The notes under the pieces: model-generated
Databases searched by the model: none
Seen by the model: only the letters and a program-made list of their open reading frames with translations
What the model was told of the DNA's origin: nothing
NCBI GenBank assembly: GCA_028283345.1
Contig: JAPOGE010000003.1
Coordinates: 1 to 46,381 of the forward strand
Length of the DNA: 46,381 bases
Direction of reading: 5' to 3'
From: Candidatus Poseidoniales archaeon
Lineage (GTDB): Archaea; Thermoplasmatota; Poseidoniia; Poseidoniales; Poseidoniaceae
Shown here: positions 38,271 through 46,381 of the stretch, piece after piece
Layout of the letters: each line of letters begins with the position of its first letter
How positions within the stretch are numbered: position 1 is the first letter of the stretch
Translations under genes and position numbers: made by a program

Positions 38271-38446
38271 AGGTGAGCACCGGACTGAGGAGCTAATGAC
38301 GAGGGAAGTGCGAAGTGTAGTTACAGGCAGTTCTCCCAGAAGGTGAGCACCGGACAGCCAGATTGAAGGAAGTGCGAAGTATAGTAAGAAGCAGTAATCC
38401 TGAGACGAGAGCACCACAACCCGAGGATTAATTCATAGGTGTGTGC
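38271..38446 (+). repeat. Two tandem copies (70-bp period) of a palindromic repeat plus a trailing GAGCAC/GTGCT hairpin
   Basis: AGGTGAGCACCGGAC at 38271 and 38341; GGAAGTGCGAAGT in both copies. A third copy lies on the minus strand at ~45728-45779. Confidence 0.9.
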
Positions 38447-38505
38447 TGTGAATGAAGTATCTGCATGACGGTCGCGTTCATGTAGGGGGTTTCGGTCGAG
38501 GCAGC

Positions 38506-39684
38506 ATGGTCGACTACCGCATCACCGTACTTCCCGGCGACGGAACCGGCAGAGAGGTCATGGCCGAGGCGGTGCGAATACTCGATGCGATTTCGCAAAG
38601 CACAAATCTCGGATTTGATAAAACCGTCATTCAATGTGGCGGACAACATTTTCTTCAGACCGGCGAGGTCTGGGCTGAAGGCTCCTATGCGGTATGTCGC
38701 GATGACTCCGATGCCATTCTACTCGGTGCAATTGGCTGGCCCGGGGCGCAACTTGAGAATGGTGATATGGCTGGGGGTGAAGTGATTCTGGGTCTGCGCT
38801 CTGGTCTAGACCTCTTTGCGAACATCCGGCCGATAAAACTCTACGAGGGAGTGAAACACAAGATTCATGGCAATTTTTCTCAACAGTGGGATCCTGACAA
38901 GGTCGATCTAGTCGTGCTGAGGGAGAATACCGAGGGGTTGTACCACAGCCTCCTCTGCCGTTCAGCCGCCGCCGCTCAGGGCTTGGAGGAATATGAACCT
39001 CCGGAGCTTGAATTTCCCGGGCTTCATGGCGAGGTGGCGTGGGACCCCCGGCCGATTTCCAAATTCGGCAGTCGTCGTCTGATCGATGCCGGATTCCGCT
39101 TGGCCGGGCGCCGCAATGGCAATCCCGCCGGTGAGACGGTGGTGCATTGTGTCGACAAGAGCAACGTGACCAGAGGTTGCCAATTATTCCGCAAGACCTT
39201 CCATGAGGTTGCTTCAACCTACCCTGAAATCAATGCTGAGCACGCTTATATCGATGCCTTCACCATGTGGTTGGTGCGTAATCCCGAGTGGTTCGACGTA
39301 GTGGTCACGACGAATATGTTCGGCGACATCGTCACCGATCTCGGCAGTGTTCTACAGGGGGGTATGGGTATGGCAGCCAGCGCCAATGTCGGCGACGAGC
39401 ATGGTATGTTTGAGCCGGTGCACGGCTCAGCACCCAAGTACGCCGGACAGAACAAGGTCAACCCGATTGCATCAATTCTCTCGGTGCAGCAGATGCTCGG
39501 CTGGCTCGGCCGGAGAAAGAATGACGAAGCCCTGAACAATGCTTCAAGGGTTGTTGACCAAGCTGTGGCCGAACACCTGATCGAGGGTAAGCAGGTCACC
39601 TACGACCTGGGTGGTAGTTCGACCACCGAGGCGGTCGGGGTTGCTATCGCAGAGCGGGTCAGGTCTATCCTTTCAGAGCAATAG
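38506..39684 (+). CDS. Isocitrate/isopropylmalate dehydrogenase family (beta-decarboxylating dehydrogenase)
   Basis: [50 protein letters not shown]. Confidence 0.92.
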   Translation: MVDYRITVLPGDGTGREVMAEAVRILDAISQSTNLGFDKTVIQCGGQHFLQTGEVWAEGSYAVCRDDSDAILLGAIGWPGAQLENGDMAGGEVILGLRSGLDLFANIRPIKLYEGVKHKIHGNFSQQWDPDKVDLVVLRENTEGLYHSLLCRSAAAAQGLEEYEPPELEFPGLHGEVAWDPRPISKFGSRRLIDAGFRLAGRRNGNPAGETVVHCVDKSNVTRGCQLFRKTFHEVASTYPEINAEHAYIDAFTMWLVRNPEWFDVVVTTNMFGDIVTDLGSVLQGGMGMAASANVGDEHGMFEPVHGSAPKYAGQNKVNPIASILSVQQMLGWLGRRKNDEALNNASRVVDQAVAEHLIEGKQVTYDLGGSSTTEAVGVAIAERVRSILSEQ

Positions 39685-39718
39685 TCCGATAACTCACTAA
39701 ACCTTCTCGATTTGTTCG

Positions 39719-40474
39719 ATGCCGATGGCAATCAGGGTCGAGGGTCTGGTTCGCGGCTACGGGCGGGGCAAGAAGCGGATTGAAGTTCTGCAGGATTACT
39801 CGATGCGGGTTGAGCGCGGCGAGATTTACGGTTTACTCGGCCCCTCCGGTTGCGGTAAGACAACGATGCTCAAGGTGATTCTAGGAAGACTTCGACCCGA
39901 GGCCGGCAGCGTCGCGGTGCTCGGAGCAGAAGTTGGCACCACCGAATGTACGGTCCCGGGCTCTGCGGTTGGCTATTCACCACAGGAAATCGCACTCTAT
40001 GAAGACCTCACCATCGCTGAGACCCTGCTTTTTCACGGTCGCCTACAGCAGATGTTACCACAGCAGATTGCCGAACGCCAAGAGTGGTTGATAGAATTTC
40101 TCGACCTACCCCCGGCAGGTCGCCAAGTCGGTAAATTATCGGGAGGACAGAAGCGCCGGACCTCGCTTGCAGTTGCGCTTCTGCATCAACCTGAACTGCT
40201 ACTTCTGGATGAACCGACGGTCGGCGTCGACCCTGAACTGAGATATCGAATCTGGCAGCATCTGCGCGAGATTGCCGATGCCGGCACAACCGTCATCATC
40301 ACCACCCATTACATCGATGAGGCCAGCCAGGCCGATTGTGTCGGCCTGATGCGAGATGGCGTATTACTCGCCGAAGGACGGCCACAGGAATTGATGGTGC
40401 AATATGGTCATACTTCACTGGAGGAGACCTTCCTCCACCTATGTCGCCGTAGTAATGTGAAGGAGGTGGAATAA
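39719..40474 (+). CDS. ABC transporter ATP-binding protein (ABC-2 exporter type)
   Basis: GPSGCGKT, LSGGQ, LLLDEPT, TTH. Confidence 0.95.
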   Translation: MPMAIRVEGLVRGYGRGKKRIEVLQDYSMRVERGEIYGLLGPSGCGKTTMLKVILGRLRPEAGSVAVLGAEVGTTECTVPGSAVGYSPQEIALYEDLTIAETLLFHGRLQQMLPQQIAERQEWLIEFLDLPPAGRQVGKLSGGQKRRTSLAVALLHQPELLLLDEPTVGVDPELRYRIWQHLREIADAGTTVIITTHYIDEASQADCVGLMRDGVLLAEGRPQELMVQYGHTSLEETFLHLCRRSNVKEVE

Positions 40475-41544
40475 TGAATCTTGGACGGGTTAGGGCGATA
40501 GCGGCGAGAAAGTTTGCTTCGCTGAAGCGTGACCACCGGACTTTCGCCTTCATCATCATCATGCCGGCGATACAGATTCTGTTGTTCGGTATCGCCATCG
40601 GCCAACCCCCGGTGGGTTTGGGGGTCGCCTTGATCGGTAACGAGGCCACCGATATCGACGATGACCTGATGATTAAACTCGGTGCCTCAGAGAGTCTCAT
40701 CATTCACGACGAGTACACCTCGGCCGAAGAGGCGCGCAGCGCGATCGGCGAGGGAGAACTTTGGGCGGCGATAGTGGTTTCGGACAATGGGGTTATCGAA
40801 GTTCATCTCGATAACTCTAATCAACAAGTGTCTTCGACGATAATGGTGGAAGTACGAAATGCCTTGACCGAAATAATGGAGGAAAAGGGGATCACTCCCC
40901 CCGTGGAAATCGCCGACCCGGTCTATGGCGACAAAGAGCCGGCCTTCATCAATTTCCTCGCCCCCGGAATCATCACCCTCGTCTGTTTCATGTTCAGCCT
41001 GATTCTGACCACGATGTCCTTTGTCGGTGAACGTTACGATGGTACACTCGACCGGGTATTCGCCGCCGGAACCCAACCCTCTGAGGTGCTGATTGGGCAT
41101 ATGATCGCATTCACATCGATATTGATCGGGCAGGTCTCGACGGTGATTCTCATCGCCGTCTATGGCTTTGACATTCCGCTGAACGGTAACCCGTTGATGG
41201 TATTCGTGTTGGCAATGTTACTCGGCTGGTCGGCGATGTGCATCGGCATGTTCATCTCAACCAAGGCGACCTCGGAATTCCAGGCCATCCAACTGAATAT
41301 GCCGTTCATGTTCCTGGTGTTGTTGATTTCAGGAATATTGTGGCCGGTCGAAGCCCTTCCCGGATGGTTACAACCGATATCGTGGAGCTTGCCGACCACC
41401 TGGACCGCCGAGGCCTTCCGTAGTATCATGATTCGCGGCTGGGGCTTTGAACAGACTGTCGTAGCCGGCGCTTTCGTCTACAATATCGTCTTTGCCGCCA
41501 TCATGTTGATGGTGGCGGCAAAATCACTCAAGACTCAGGACTAG
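40474..41544 (+). CDS. ABC-2 type transporter permease
   Basis: N-terminal TM, extracellular loop, five further TMs; ER..GTLDR and SGILWP.E.LP motifs; TAATG coupling to the ATPase. Confidence 0.92.
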   Translation: MNLGRVRAIAARKFASLKRDHRTFAFIIIMPAIQILLFGIAIGQPPVGLGVALIGNEATDIDDDLMIKLGASESLIIHDEYTSAEEARSAIGEGELWAAIVVSDNGVIEVHLDNSNQQVSSTIMVEVRNALTEIMEEKGITPPVEIADPVYGDKEPAFINFLAPGIITLVCFMFSLILTTMSFVGERYDGTLDRVFAAGTQPSEVLIGHMIAFTSILIGQVSTVILIAVYGFDIPLNGNPLMVFVLAMLLGWSAMCIGMFISTKATSEFQAIQLNMPFMFLVLLISGILWPVEALPGWLQPISWSLPTTWTAEAFRSIMIRGWGFEQTVVAGAFVYNIVFAAIMLMVAAKSLKTQD

Positions 41545-42349
41545 AATCCGCACGGCTGATATTCCGGCATATTTCATCAAGCGAGGATTGCAGGTTGGCC
41601 AGATTATCCCACTCCCGGTTCACAGCCGGCGCACCGGTTATCAGAGTGGCGAGCAGGTTGGCACAGAATCTGGTTAATTCATCGACGATTGTCACATTTC
41701 CCATCTTTGCACTGCGTGAGAGGGGATTGAGGTCGACCACAAGGACATCTTTACCCATTGCGACCAAGGCCTCGCACCTATCTCCGTCTTCAAGTGGAAC
41801 CAGGATGACATCCGAATCCAGAATCCCCTCGCGGTGGCATTTCGCCCGAGGTCCTTCCAGGCCCGGGATGGAGGCGTCGGGCTCGGCCCCAAGAATACGA
41901 ACCCCTCTCACCGTCTCGGCCCAGGTCTGCTCATCATCATCCCGCCACCCGTGGGGGGGAGGGGTTTCGGCGACCACGGCTTGACGTTCAGACATGTGCT
42001 CCAGAAGCGCGCTCATTCTTTCTGGAGTACGATAGAATATGTTGATTTCAAGCGGACAATCCAGTAGTGCTGAACAGCGAATCAAATCGTCAGCCGCTAG
42101 CGCCGCGACATTGCCATTGATGCTGATCACCACCCGGCCCCCGGCACTCAATCTGGCGGCAGCCTCTGTGGTCGCCTCCAGTGCGGTGGCGGTGGTCATC
42201 TCACCCAGCAGGTAGTCGAAGGCTTCGCCACGACCGTGGGCGATCAACGCCGATGCAGCGAGCATTCCCTTGGCCGCGGCATCTTCGAGCATCGCTCGCT
42301 TGAGTAGAGATGCATAACGAGGGTGGCTCGGGTCTGCTGCGTGGCTCAC
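41528..42349 (-). CDS. Archaeal phosphopantothenate synthetase (4-phosphopantoate--beta-alanine ligase)
   Basis: HPRY.SL..R, AHGRGEAFDYLLGE, ISINGN.AAL, VPLEDGDR, DLNPLSR. Confidence 0.93.
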   Translation of the reverse strand: MSHAADPSHPRYASLLKRAMLEDAAAKGMLAASALIAHGRGEAFDYLLGEMTTATALEATTEAAARLSAGGRVVISINGNVAALAADDLIRCSALLDCPLEINIFYRTPERMSALLEHMSERQAVVAETPPPHGWRDDDEQTWAETVRGVRILGAEPDASIPGLEGPRAKCHREGILDSDVILVPLEDGDRCEALVAMGKDVLVVDLNPLSRSAKMGNVTIVDELTRFCANLLATLITGAPAVNREWDNLANLQSSLDEICRNISRADSSPES

Positions 42350-42358
42350 AATATCACC

Positions 42359-43315
42359 TCATGCACCTTCTATCAGCAATGAAAAATCATGTGGCTGGGT
42401 GCCGCGATTAATGGCACTGGTCGAAATCACATCGATGCCACAATTCTCCCACTCAGCTAGAGTTGCGAATGTTATCCCACCACTGGCCTCAAGAATCACC
42501 TCATTGCGTAGACCAGCCTCTCGCAGGGCGACGTCGGCCTCCCTGGCGCCATCCGCGCCCAGGTTATCCAGCATGATGACACAGGGCTTGTGGATGGTCT
42601 TCTGCTGCCATGCTGACGCGGCACTCACCGCTTCTTCGACCGAGCGGACTTCGATGGTGAGGAATGCTCCGACATCAGCCTCATCCAAGTTGATGATTCG
42701 CTGATGAATAACCCCTTTTTCTCCGACCTCGTTTTCATCTTTCCGGGAATCACCGGCCGGCGCGACCAGGTCATTCTCCTTCAGCATACACGCATCCCGC
42801 TTGCTCAGCCGATGGGTGAGTCCACCACCGAGGTGAACCGCCCACTTGTCGAGCAGTCCCCATGCGGTCTTGCGGGTGCAGGCCACCGGAATTGGGCTGG
42901 CGCTGGACCACTTGGCCGAATTGGTGGCGATTCCCGAGAGTTGGCCGATGAGGTTCAGAATACTTCTTTCCAACATCAGGATTGTATTGCGCCCACCACT
43001 GAGCACAGCCACCACATCGTCTTGGCCGATGGCATCACCATCACCGAGGTACCATAGGGAATCGATGTCGGTGGTTCTGGTTGCGATGATGTAGTCAGCG
43101 GCCCAGGCGCCGGCGAGGATTCCGGCCTGACGAGAGATGATGGTGAAACTGGCGATATCGTCATCAGCCGCGAGTTGACCGATGACCTCGTCATCGGAAA
43201 GCATTGCAAAGGCCCAGCGCTCGATACTCTCCTCCAGCCAACGTGTGCCTTCTTCTGCTCGCCAAAGCATGAAGCCGCGGTCGTGCGGCAATCGCCAACC
43301 ATCCTTGTTCGTCAC
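42359..43315 (-). CDS. nadC: Nicotinate-nucleotide pyrophosphorylase (quinolinate phosphoribosyltransferase); start uncertain
   Basis: ER..LN....SGIAT, TRKT, GG...HR, EV, MLDN, EASGGI, DVIS. Confidence 0.85.
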   Translation of the reverse strand: MTNKDGWRLPHDRGFMLWRAEEGTRWLEESIERWAFAMLSDDEVIGQLAADDDIASFTIISRQAGILAGAWAADYIIATRTTDIDSLWYLGDGDAIGQDDVVAVLSGGRNTILMLERSILNLIGQLSGIATNSAKWSSASPIPVACTRKTAWGLLDKWAVHLGGGLTHRLSKRDACMLKENDLVAPAGDSRKDENEVGEKGVIHQRIINLDEADVGAFLTIEVRSVEEAVSAASAWQQKTIHKPCVIMLDNLGADGAREADVALREAGLRNEVILEASGGITFATLAEWENCGIDVISTSAINRGTQPHDFSLLIEGA

Positions 43316-43398
43316 GATTATCCCAAGCCGCTCGCATCTAAGGATTGTCGCCTTGCCCACCCCGACGCTTTCTTCATATCGTCGAGACTGGCGAGGTC

Positions 43399-44634
43399 GT
43401 GGCCGAGGTTGTAGTGGTCGGGGGAGGCTTGGCGGGACTTGCCGCGGCCTTTGAGGCGGCGAGGAGAGGACACTTCGTCACCGTCCTGGAGGCGAGCGGC
43501 ACAATCGGCGGGCGCGGCACCAGTGTCGTGGAAAAGGGCAATCCCCTCTCCGCTGGCCCCCACCTGCTCAATTATCGTGGCCCGTTGCATGTACTGTTGA
43601 CAAAGGCGAGCAAGGTTGCAGTGCGCGGCAGGAGGCTGCGCAGTGACCAATTCCATCATCGCAGTGGCGGACGCTGGATACCCCTTGCGCTATCATCGAA
43701 GGCGATTAGTCAAAGTGAGATGCCGGCGGCGCAGAAACTCGAACTCCTGCGTCTTCGCCGTACCCTGAAGAAGGCTGCAATTGCCGAACCCGGGCGCCGA
43801 TTTGACGATTGGATTGCTACCCAGTCGGAAGAATTACAAGATGAATTGGCGGTGTGGGCGAAGATGAGCACCTGGCTGTCTCCGGCTTGCGGCTGCACAT
43901 TGGCATTCCATGCTAATCGTGCTCTTCACGGGCTGTGGAAGCGCGGCTTCCTGAGGGCTGACCACGGCTGGGCCGATATGGTGGGCAGGCTACTCTCGGG
44001 CCTCGATAAGTTGGGTGTAGATGTACGTTCAGGGGCGAGAATCTCGGCGCTGAAGTGCGATGGGAATGGGAAGGTGAAGAAGGTACAAGTCGAAGGTGGG
44101 CGGCGAATTCCCGCCGAAATCGTGATTCTGGCACTACCACGAAAAGCCACTGCCAAGATACTTCAGGCCTCGGCAATCGATTCACCGGGGGATGAGAACA
44201 CTCCACTTGAGGCGAGCCTGCTCGATCTGGTGCTCAAGGGTCGCTTCCTGTGTGAGGGGATGATGTATGACCAGAACAACGACGTCATTCTGCTCAATCA
44301 TTATCGTGATGATGCCAACAGCTTCCGCTCAGTCATCTCGGCGATGGCGACCGACGAGGTTGCAGGCGACGGTGCCGCAAGGATTGCCAGAATAGAGACC
44401 ACCCTCGACCAGACCGCCAGCGGCTGGCGCCAGCAGATTGAACTCCGCCGCCAAACCAACTCTATTTCCATCGCTGGAGCACTCCCAAGTCAGAATCGTC
44501 CGCAGGTCGACCACTTTGCTGAACGCGGCATTCTGCTGGCCGGGGATTGGCTTGAATCAGAACATTGGCTCGCCGATGCTGCGGTCGATACCGGCCTGCG
44601 GGCCGGGGCGATGATTCAAGGACGGTCGCCGTAG
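43399..44634 (+). CDS. FAD-dependent oxidoreductase (phytoene desaturase/amine oxidase superfamily)
   Basis: VVVGGGLAGLAAA, LEA...IGGR, GP H, C-terminal LAGDW...LADAA...G..A. Confidence 0.85.
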   Translation: MAEVVVVGGGLAGLAAAFEAARRGHFVTVLEASGTIGGRGTSVVEKGNPLSAGPHLLNYRGPLHVLLTKASKVAVRGRRLRSDQFHHRSGGRWIPLALSSKAISQSEMPAAQKLELLRLRRTLKKAAIAEPGRRFDDWIATQSEELQDELAVWAKMSTWLSPACGCTLAFHANRALHGLWKRGFLRADHGWADMVGRLLSGLDKLGVDVRSGARISALKCDGNGKVKKVQVEGGRRIPAEIVILALPRKATAKILQASAIDSPGDENTPLEASLLDLVLKGRFLCEGMMYDQNNDVILLNHYRDDANSFRSVISAMATDEVAGDGAARIARIETTLDQTASGWRQQIELRRQTNSISIAGALPSQNRPQVDHFAERGILLAGDWLESEHWLADAAVDTGLRAGAMIQGRSP

Positions 44635-44644
44635 CCGGGTAAGC

Positions 44645-45433
44645 ATGCGTATCGTCACGTGGAACGTCAACGGCATCCGGGCGGCGATTCGCAAAGGTCT
44701 GGATGAATTCGTCGAGCGAATCGCCCCCGACATCCTCCTGCTGCAGGAGGTGCGGGCGTTTGAGGAGCAACTCCCCAATGGTTGGAAGCCAGAAATGGAC
44801 GAAACAGTTTGGAATCCGGCTGAGAAAAAGGGCTACTCGGGAACAGCGACTTGGGCGAATCGAGAATTCGTCGAAATCGGCCGAGGGATGGAATCGTCAT
44901 TGGACCGAGACGATTCGGAAGGTCGAATCATTCACACCAAACATCCGTTCGCCAACACTTCTCTACATTGTATCAACGTCTACCTCCCCAGCGGCTCGAG
45001 CAAGGAGGAGCGGCAGTTGTACAAGGAGGGCTGGATGGAGGATCTGCTGAACTGGGCACAGCGTTTCACCGACCACGATGAGCCGGTGCTATTGTGCGGC
45101 GACCTGAATATCGCCCATACCGAGAACGATATCTGGAACCCTTCCGGAAACCGTTTCACCTCGGGCTTTCTCCCGCAAGAGAGAGAGTGGTTCAGCAGAT
45201 TACTGGCCAGCGGCTGGCACGACCTGTTCAGGATTAAGGTCGGTGACCAAAAGGGACCCTATTCATGGTGGTCCAATCGTGGCCAGGCCCGTGCTAAGGA
45301 CCGCGGCTGGCGCATCGACTATGTCCTGGCCAATGCCGTGGCGCGGCCAATGCTTGCAGGTGCTGAGATAATGCGAGAAGGTGGATTGGTGGTCAGCGAC
45401 CACGCTCCGGTGATAATTGACTTGGCCGAATAG
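44645..45433 (+). CDS. xth: Exodeoxyribonuclease III / AP endonuclease
   Basis: TWNVNGIRA, LQE, GYSG, EGR, YLPSG, GDLN, GWRIDY, SDHAP. Confidence 0.96.
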   Translation: MRIVTWNVNGIRAAIRKGLDEFVERIAPDILLLQEVRAFEEQLPNGWKPEMDETVWNPAEKKGYSGTATWANREFVEIGRGMESSLDRDDSEGRIIHTKHPFANTSLHCINVYLPSGSSKEERQLYKEGWMEDLLNWAQRFTDHDEPVLLCGDLNIAHTENDIWNPSGNRFTSGFLPQEREWFSRLLASGWHDLFRIKVGDQKGPYSWWSNRGQARAKDRGWRIDYVLANAVARPMLAGAEIMREGGLVVSDHAPVIIDLAE

Positions 45434-45482
45434 TCACCACCGTGTCCGAAAACATTATCCATTGAAAATCAAACCCACGGAT

Positions 45483-45599
45483 ATGGAGAGCGACGGTATA
45501 CCTGGGTTTGAATTTTGGATAGGGGTGGCTTCTATATTGTTGGCCGTTTTTTACACTTATAGAAATCAAGTAATTAATCACCAGACTGAATTTGAATAG
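45483..45599 (+). pseudogene. Isolated PGF-CTERM-like sorting-signal fragment or micro-ORF (38 aa)
   Basis: MESDGIPGFEFWIGVASILLAVFYTYRNQ...; AT-rich; no upstream extracellular domain. Confidence 0.45.
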
Positions 45600-45635
45600 C
45601 CAATAAAAATGGCGTATCCCAACATAGGTCACCCT

Positions 45636-45803
45636 ATGTTCCTGGGAAAAACGTGTTAAAATCTCGGCGCGAGCACTCTACATTGAGAAGCATAAAGCGT
45701 GCTCGTGCCTCAGGAATATTGAATTCTACTGTACTTCGCACTTCCTTCGCCACTGCGTGGCTCAGTCCAGTGCTCACCTCCCGAGTTTAGACGCACAAGC
45801 GTC
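45636..45803. repeat. Composite palindromic repeat: module A + hairpin + reverse copy of the 38.3-kb repeat + module B
   Basis: A = ATGTTCCTGGGAAAAACGTGTTAAAATCTCGG (45636-45667); hairpin GGCGCGAGCAC/GTGCTCGTGCC; ACTTCGCACTTCC...GTCCAGTGCTCACCT; B = GTTTAGACGCACAAGCGTC. Confidence 0.9.
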
Positions 45804-45832
45804 GAATATCACCAGAAATACGGAAAGGTCAG

Positions 45833-46243
45833 TTAGTTATCGTCCATCTTCTTGGGAAATGGCCAACTATCTGGACTCATCCTGGAGTAACGCTTATACC
45901 ACCAAAATACCATGATAATGGCATAAACAGGCATTTGCATTACAAATAATACATGACCGCTGTTATTCCAGTCGAAATATTCTCCTTTCTTCCACATCCA
46001 TGTATAAATCTCCACCGCCCAAAAGAGCCACACGACTGCCCCGGTTAGTAACATCAAACCTTCAAAATAGTAAGCCCCTTTAATCCACGCTTTCGCATTT
46101 ACCATACATTCTGCACAAAACCTTGGTTTCGTATCAACAGTAACTTCCACACCACAGGATCTGCAGTGCAGATGGCCGTCTTGTAGTGAAATTCTGTCAC
46201 GGACTATAGGAGGTAGCATCGCTGACTGTTCGTCTTCGGCCAT
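45833..46243 (-). CDS. Hypothetical zinc-ribbon plus 2-TM membrane protein (AT-rich cargo)
   Basis: CRSCG...FCAEC then two aromatic-rich TM helices. Start taken as the ATG at 46243, downstream of an AT-rich TATA-like tract; the longer ORF reads through repeat DNA. Confidence 0.7.
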   Translation of the reverse strand: MAEDEQSAMLPPIVRDRISLQDGHLHCRSCGVEVTVDTKPRFCAECMVNAKAWIKGAYYFEGLMLLTGAVVWLFWAVEIYTWMWKKGEYFDWNNSGHVLFVMQMPVYAIIMVFWWYKRYSRMSPDSWPFPKKMDDN

Positions 46244-46307
46244 ACCAATCAAAATGTCGGGTAAGGTTGCTACAAATAGTATTTTCATCATTTCAGGGAT
46301 TTGAGGT

Positions 46308-46381
46308 GACGCACAAGCGTCCAGAACCAATGTTCCCGGGAAAAACGTGTTAAAATCCCGGGTTTAGACGCACAAGCGTCC
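46308..46381. repeat. Modules B-A-B of the composite repeat (59-bp period), running off the window end
   Basis: GACGCACAAGCGTCC at 46308 and 46367; the module A copy at 46330-46361 is 30/32 identical to 45636-45667. Confidence 0.9.

Noticed and set aside
38283-38310. CTGAGGAG...CGAG as a hammerhead ribozyme core
   Set aside because: GAAA is missing and the CUGANGA spacing is not kept in the other two copies.
38271-38400. Tandem repeats as a CRISPR mini-array
   Set aside because: Only two local units; the conserved blocks are split by 10-16 nt variable loops rather than 30-40 nt spacers; no cas genes.
38160-38417. 85-aa ORF in the divergent intergenic region
   Set aside because: Translates repeat DNA; no protein-like features.
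45616-46381. Canonical integron attC sites or dif sites
   Set aside because: No properly paired RYYYAAC/GTTRRRY ends, no 11-6-11 Xer layout, and no integrase in the window; kept only as an analogy.

Overview
Archaeal chromosomal segment (roughly mid-50s % GC by eye). TFB, Top6A/Top6B, Rpo12, archaeal phosphopantothenate synthetase, a split GMP synthase A subunit and GGTGA ribosome-binding sites indicate an archaeon. The mix with a PlsC-type acyltransferase and very large surface proteins suggests Marine Group II (Ca. Poseidoniales) or a related Thermoplasmatota lineage (inference). The window holds about 40 densely packed CDSs and one tRNA-Arg(CCT). I found no rRNA, CRISPR array, transposase or integrase. 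Highlights: (1) a 1668-aa membrane-anchored protein with an integrin-alpha-like layout (seven propeller-type repeats, a MIDAS vWA domain inserted in repeat 4, Ig-like legs, TM, short tail); (2) a modular palindromic repeat family at 38.27-38.45 kb and 45.64-46.38 kb that brackets an AT-rich cargo gene like a cassette; (3) three apparent pseudoenzymes in the first 7 kb (aldolase/adducin-like, RFC-like, SdhA-like); (4) a TerB pair next to an orphan adenine methyltransferase; (5) several candidate small structured RNAs. All family calls come from motif recognition by eye; no database searches were run.
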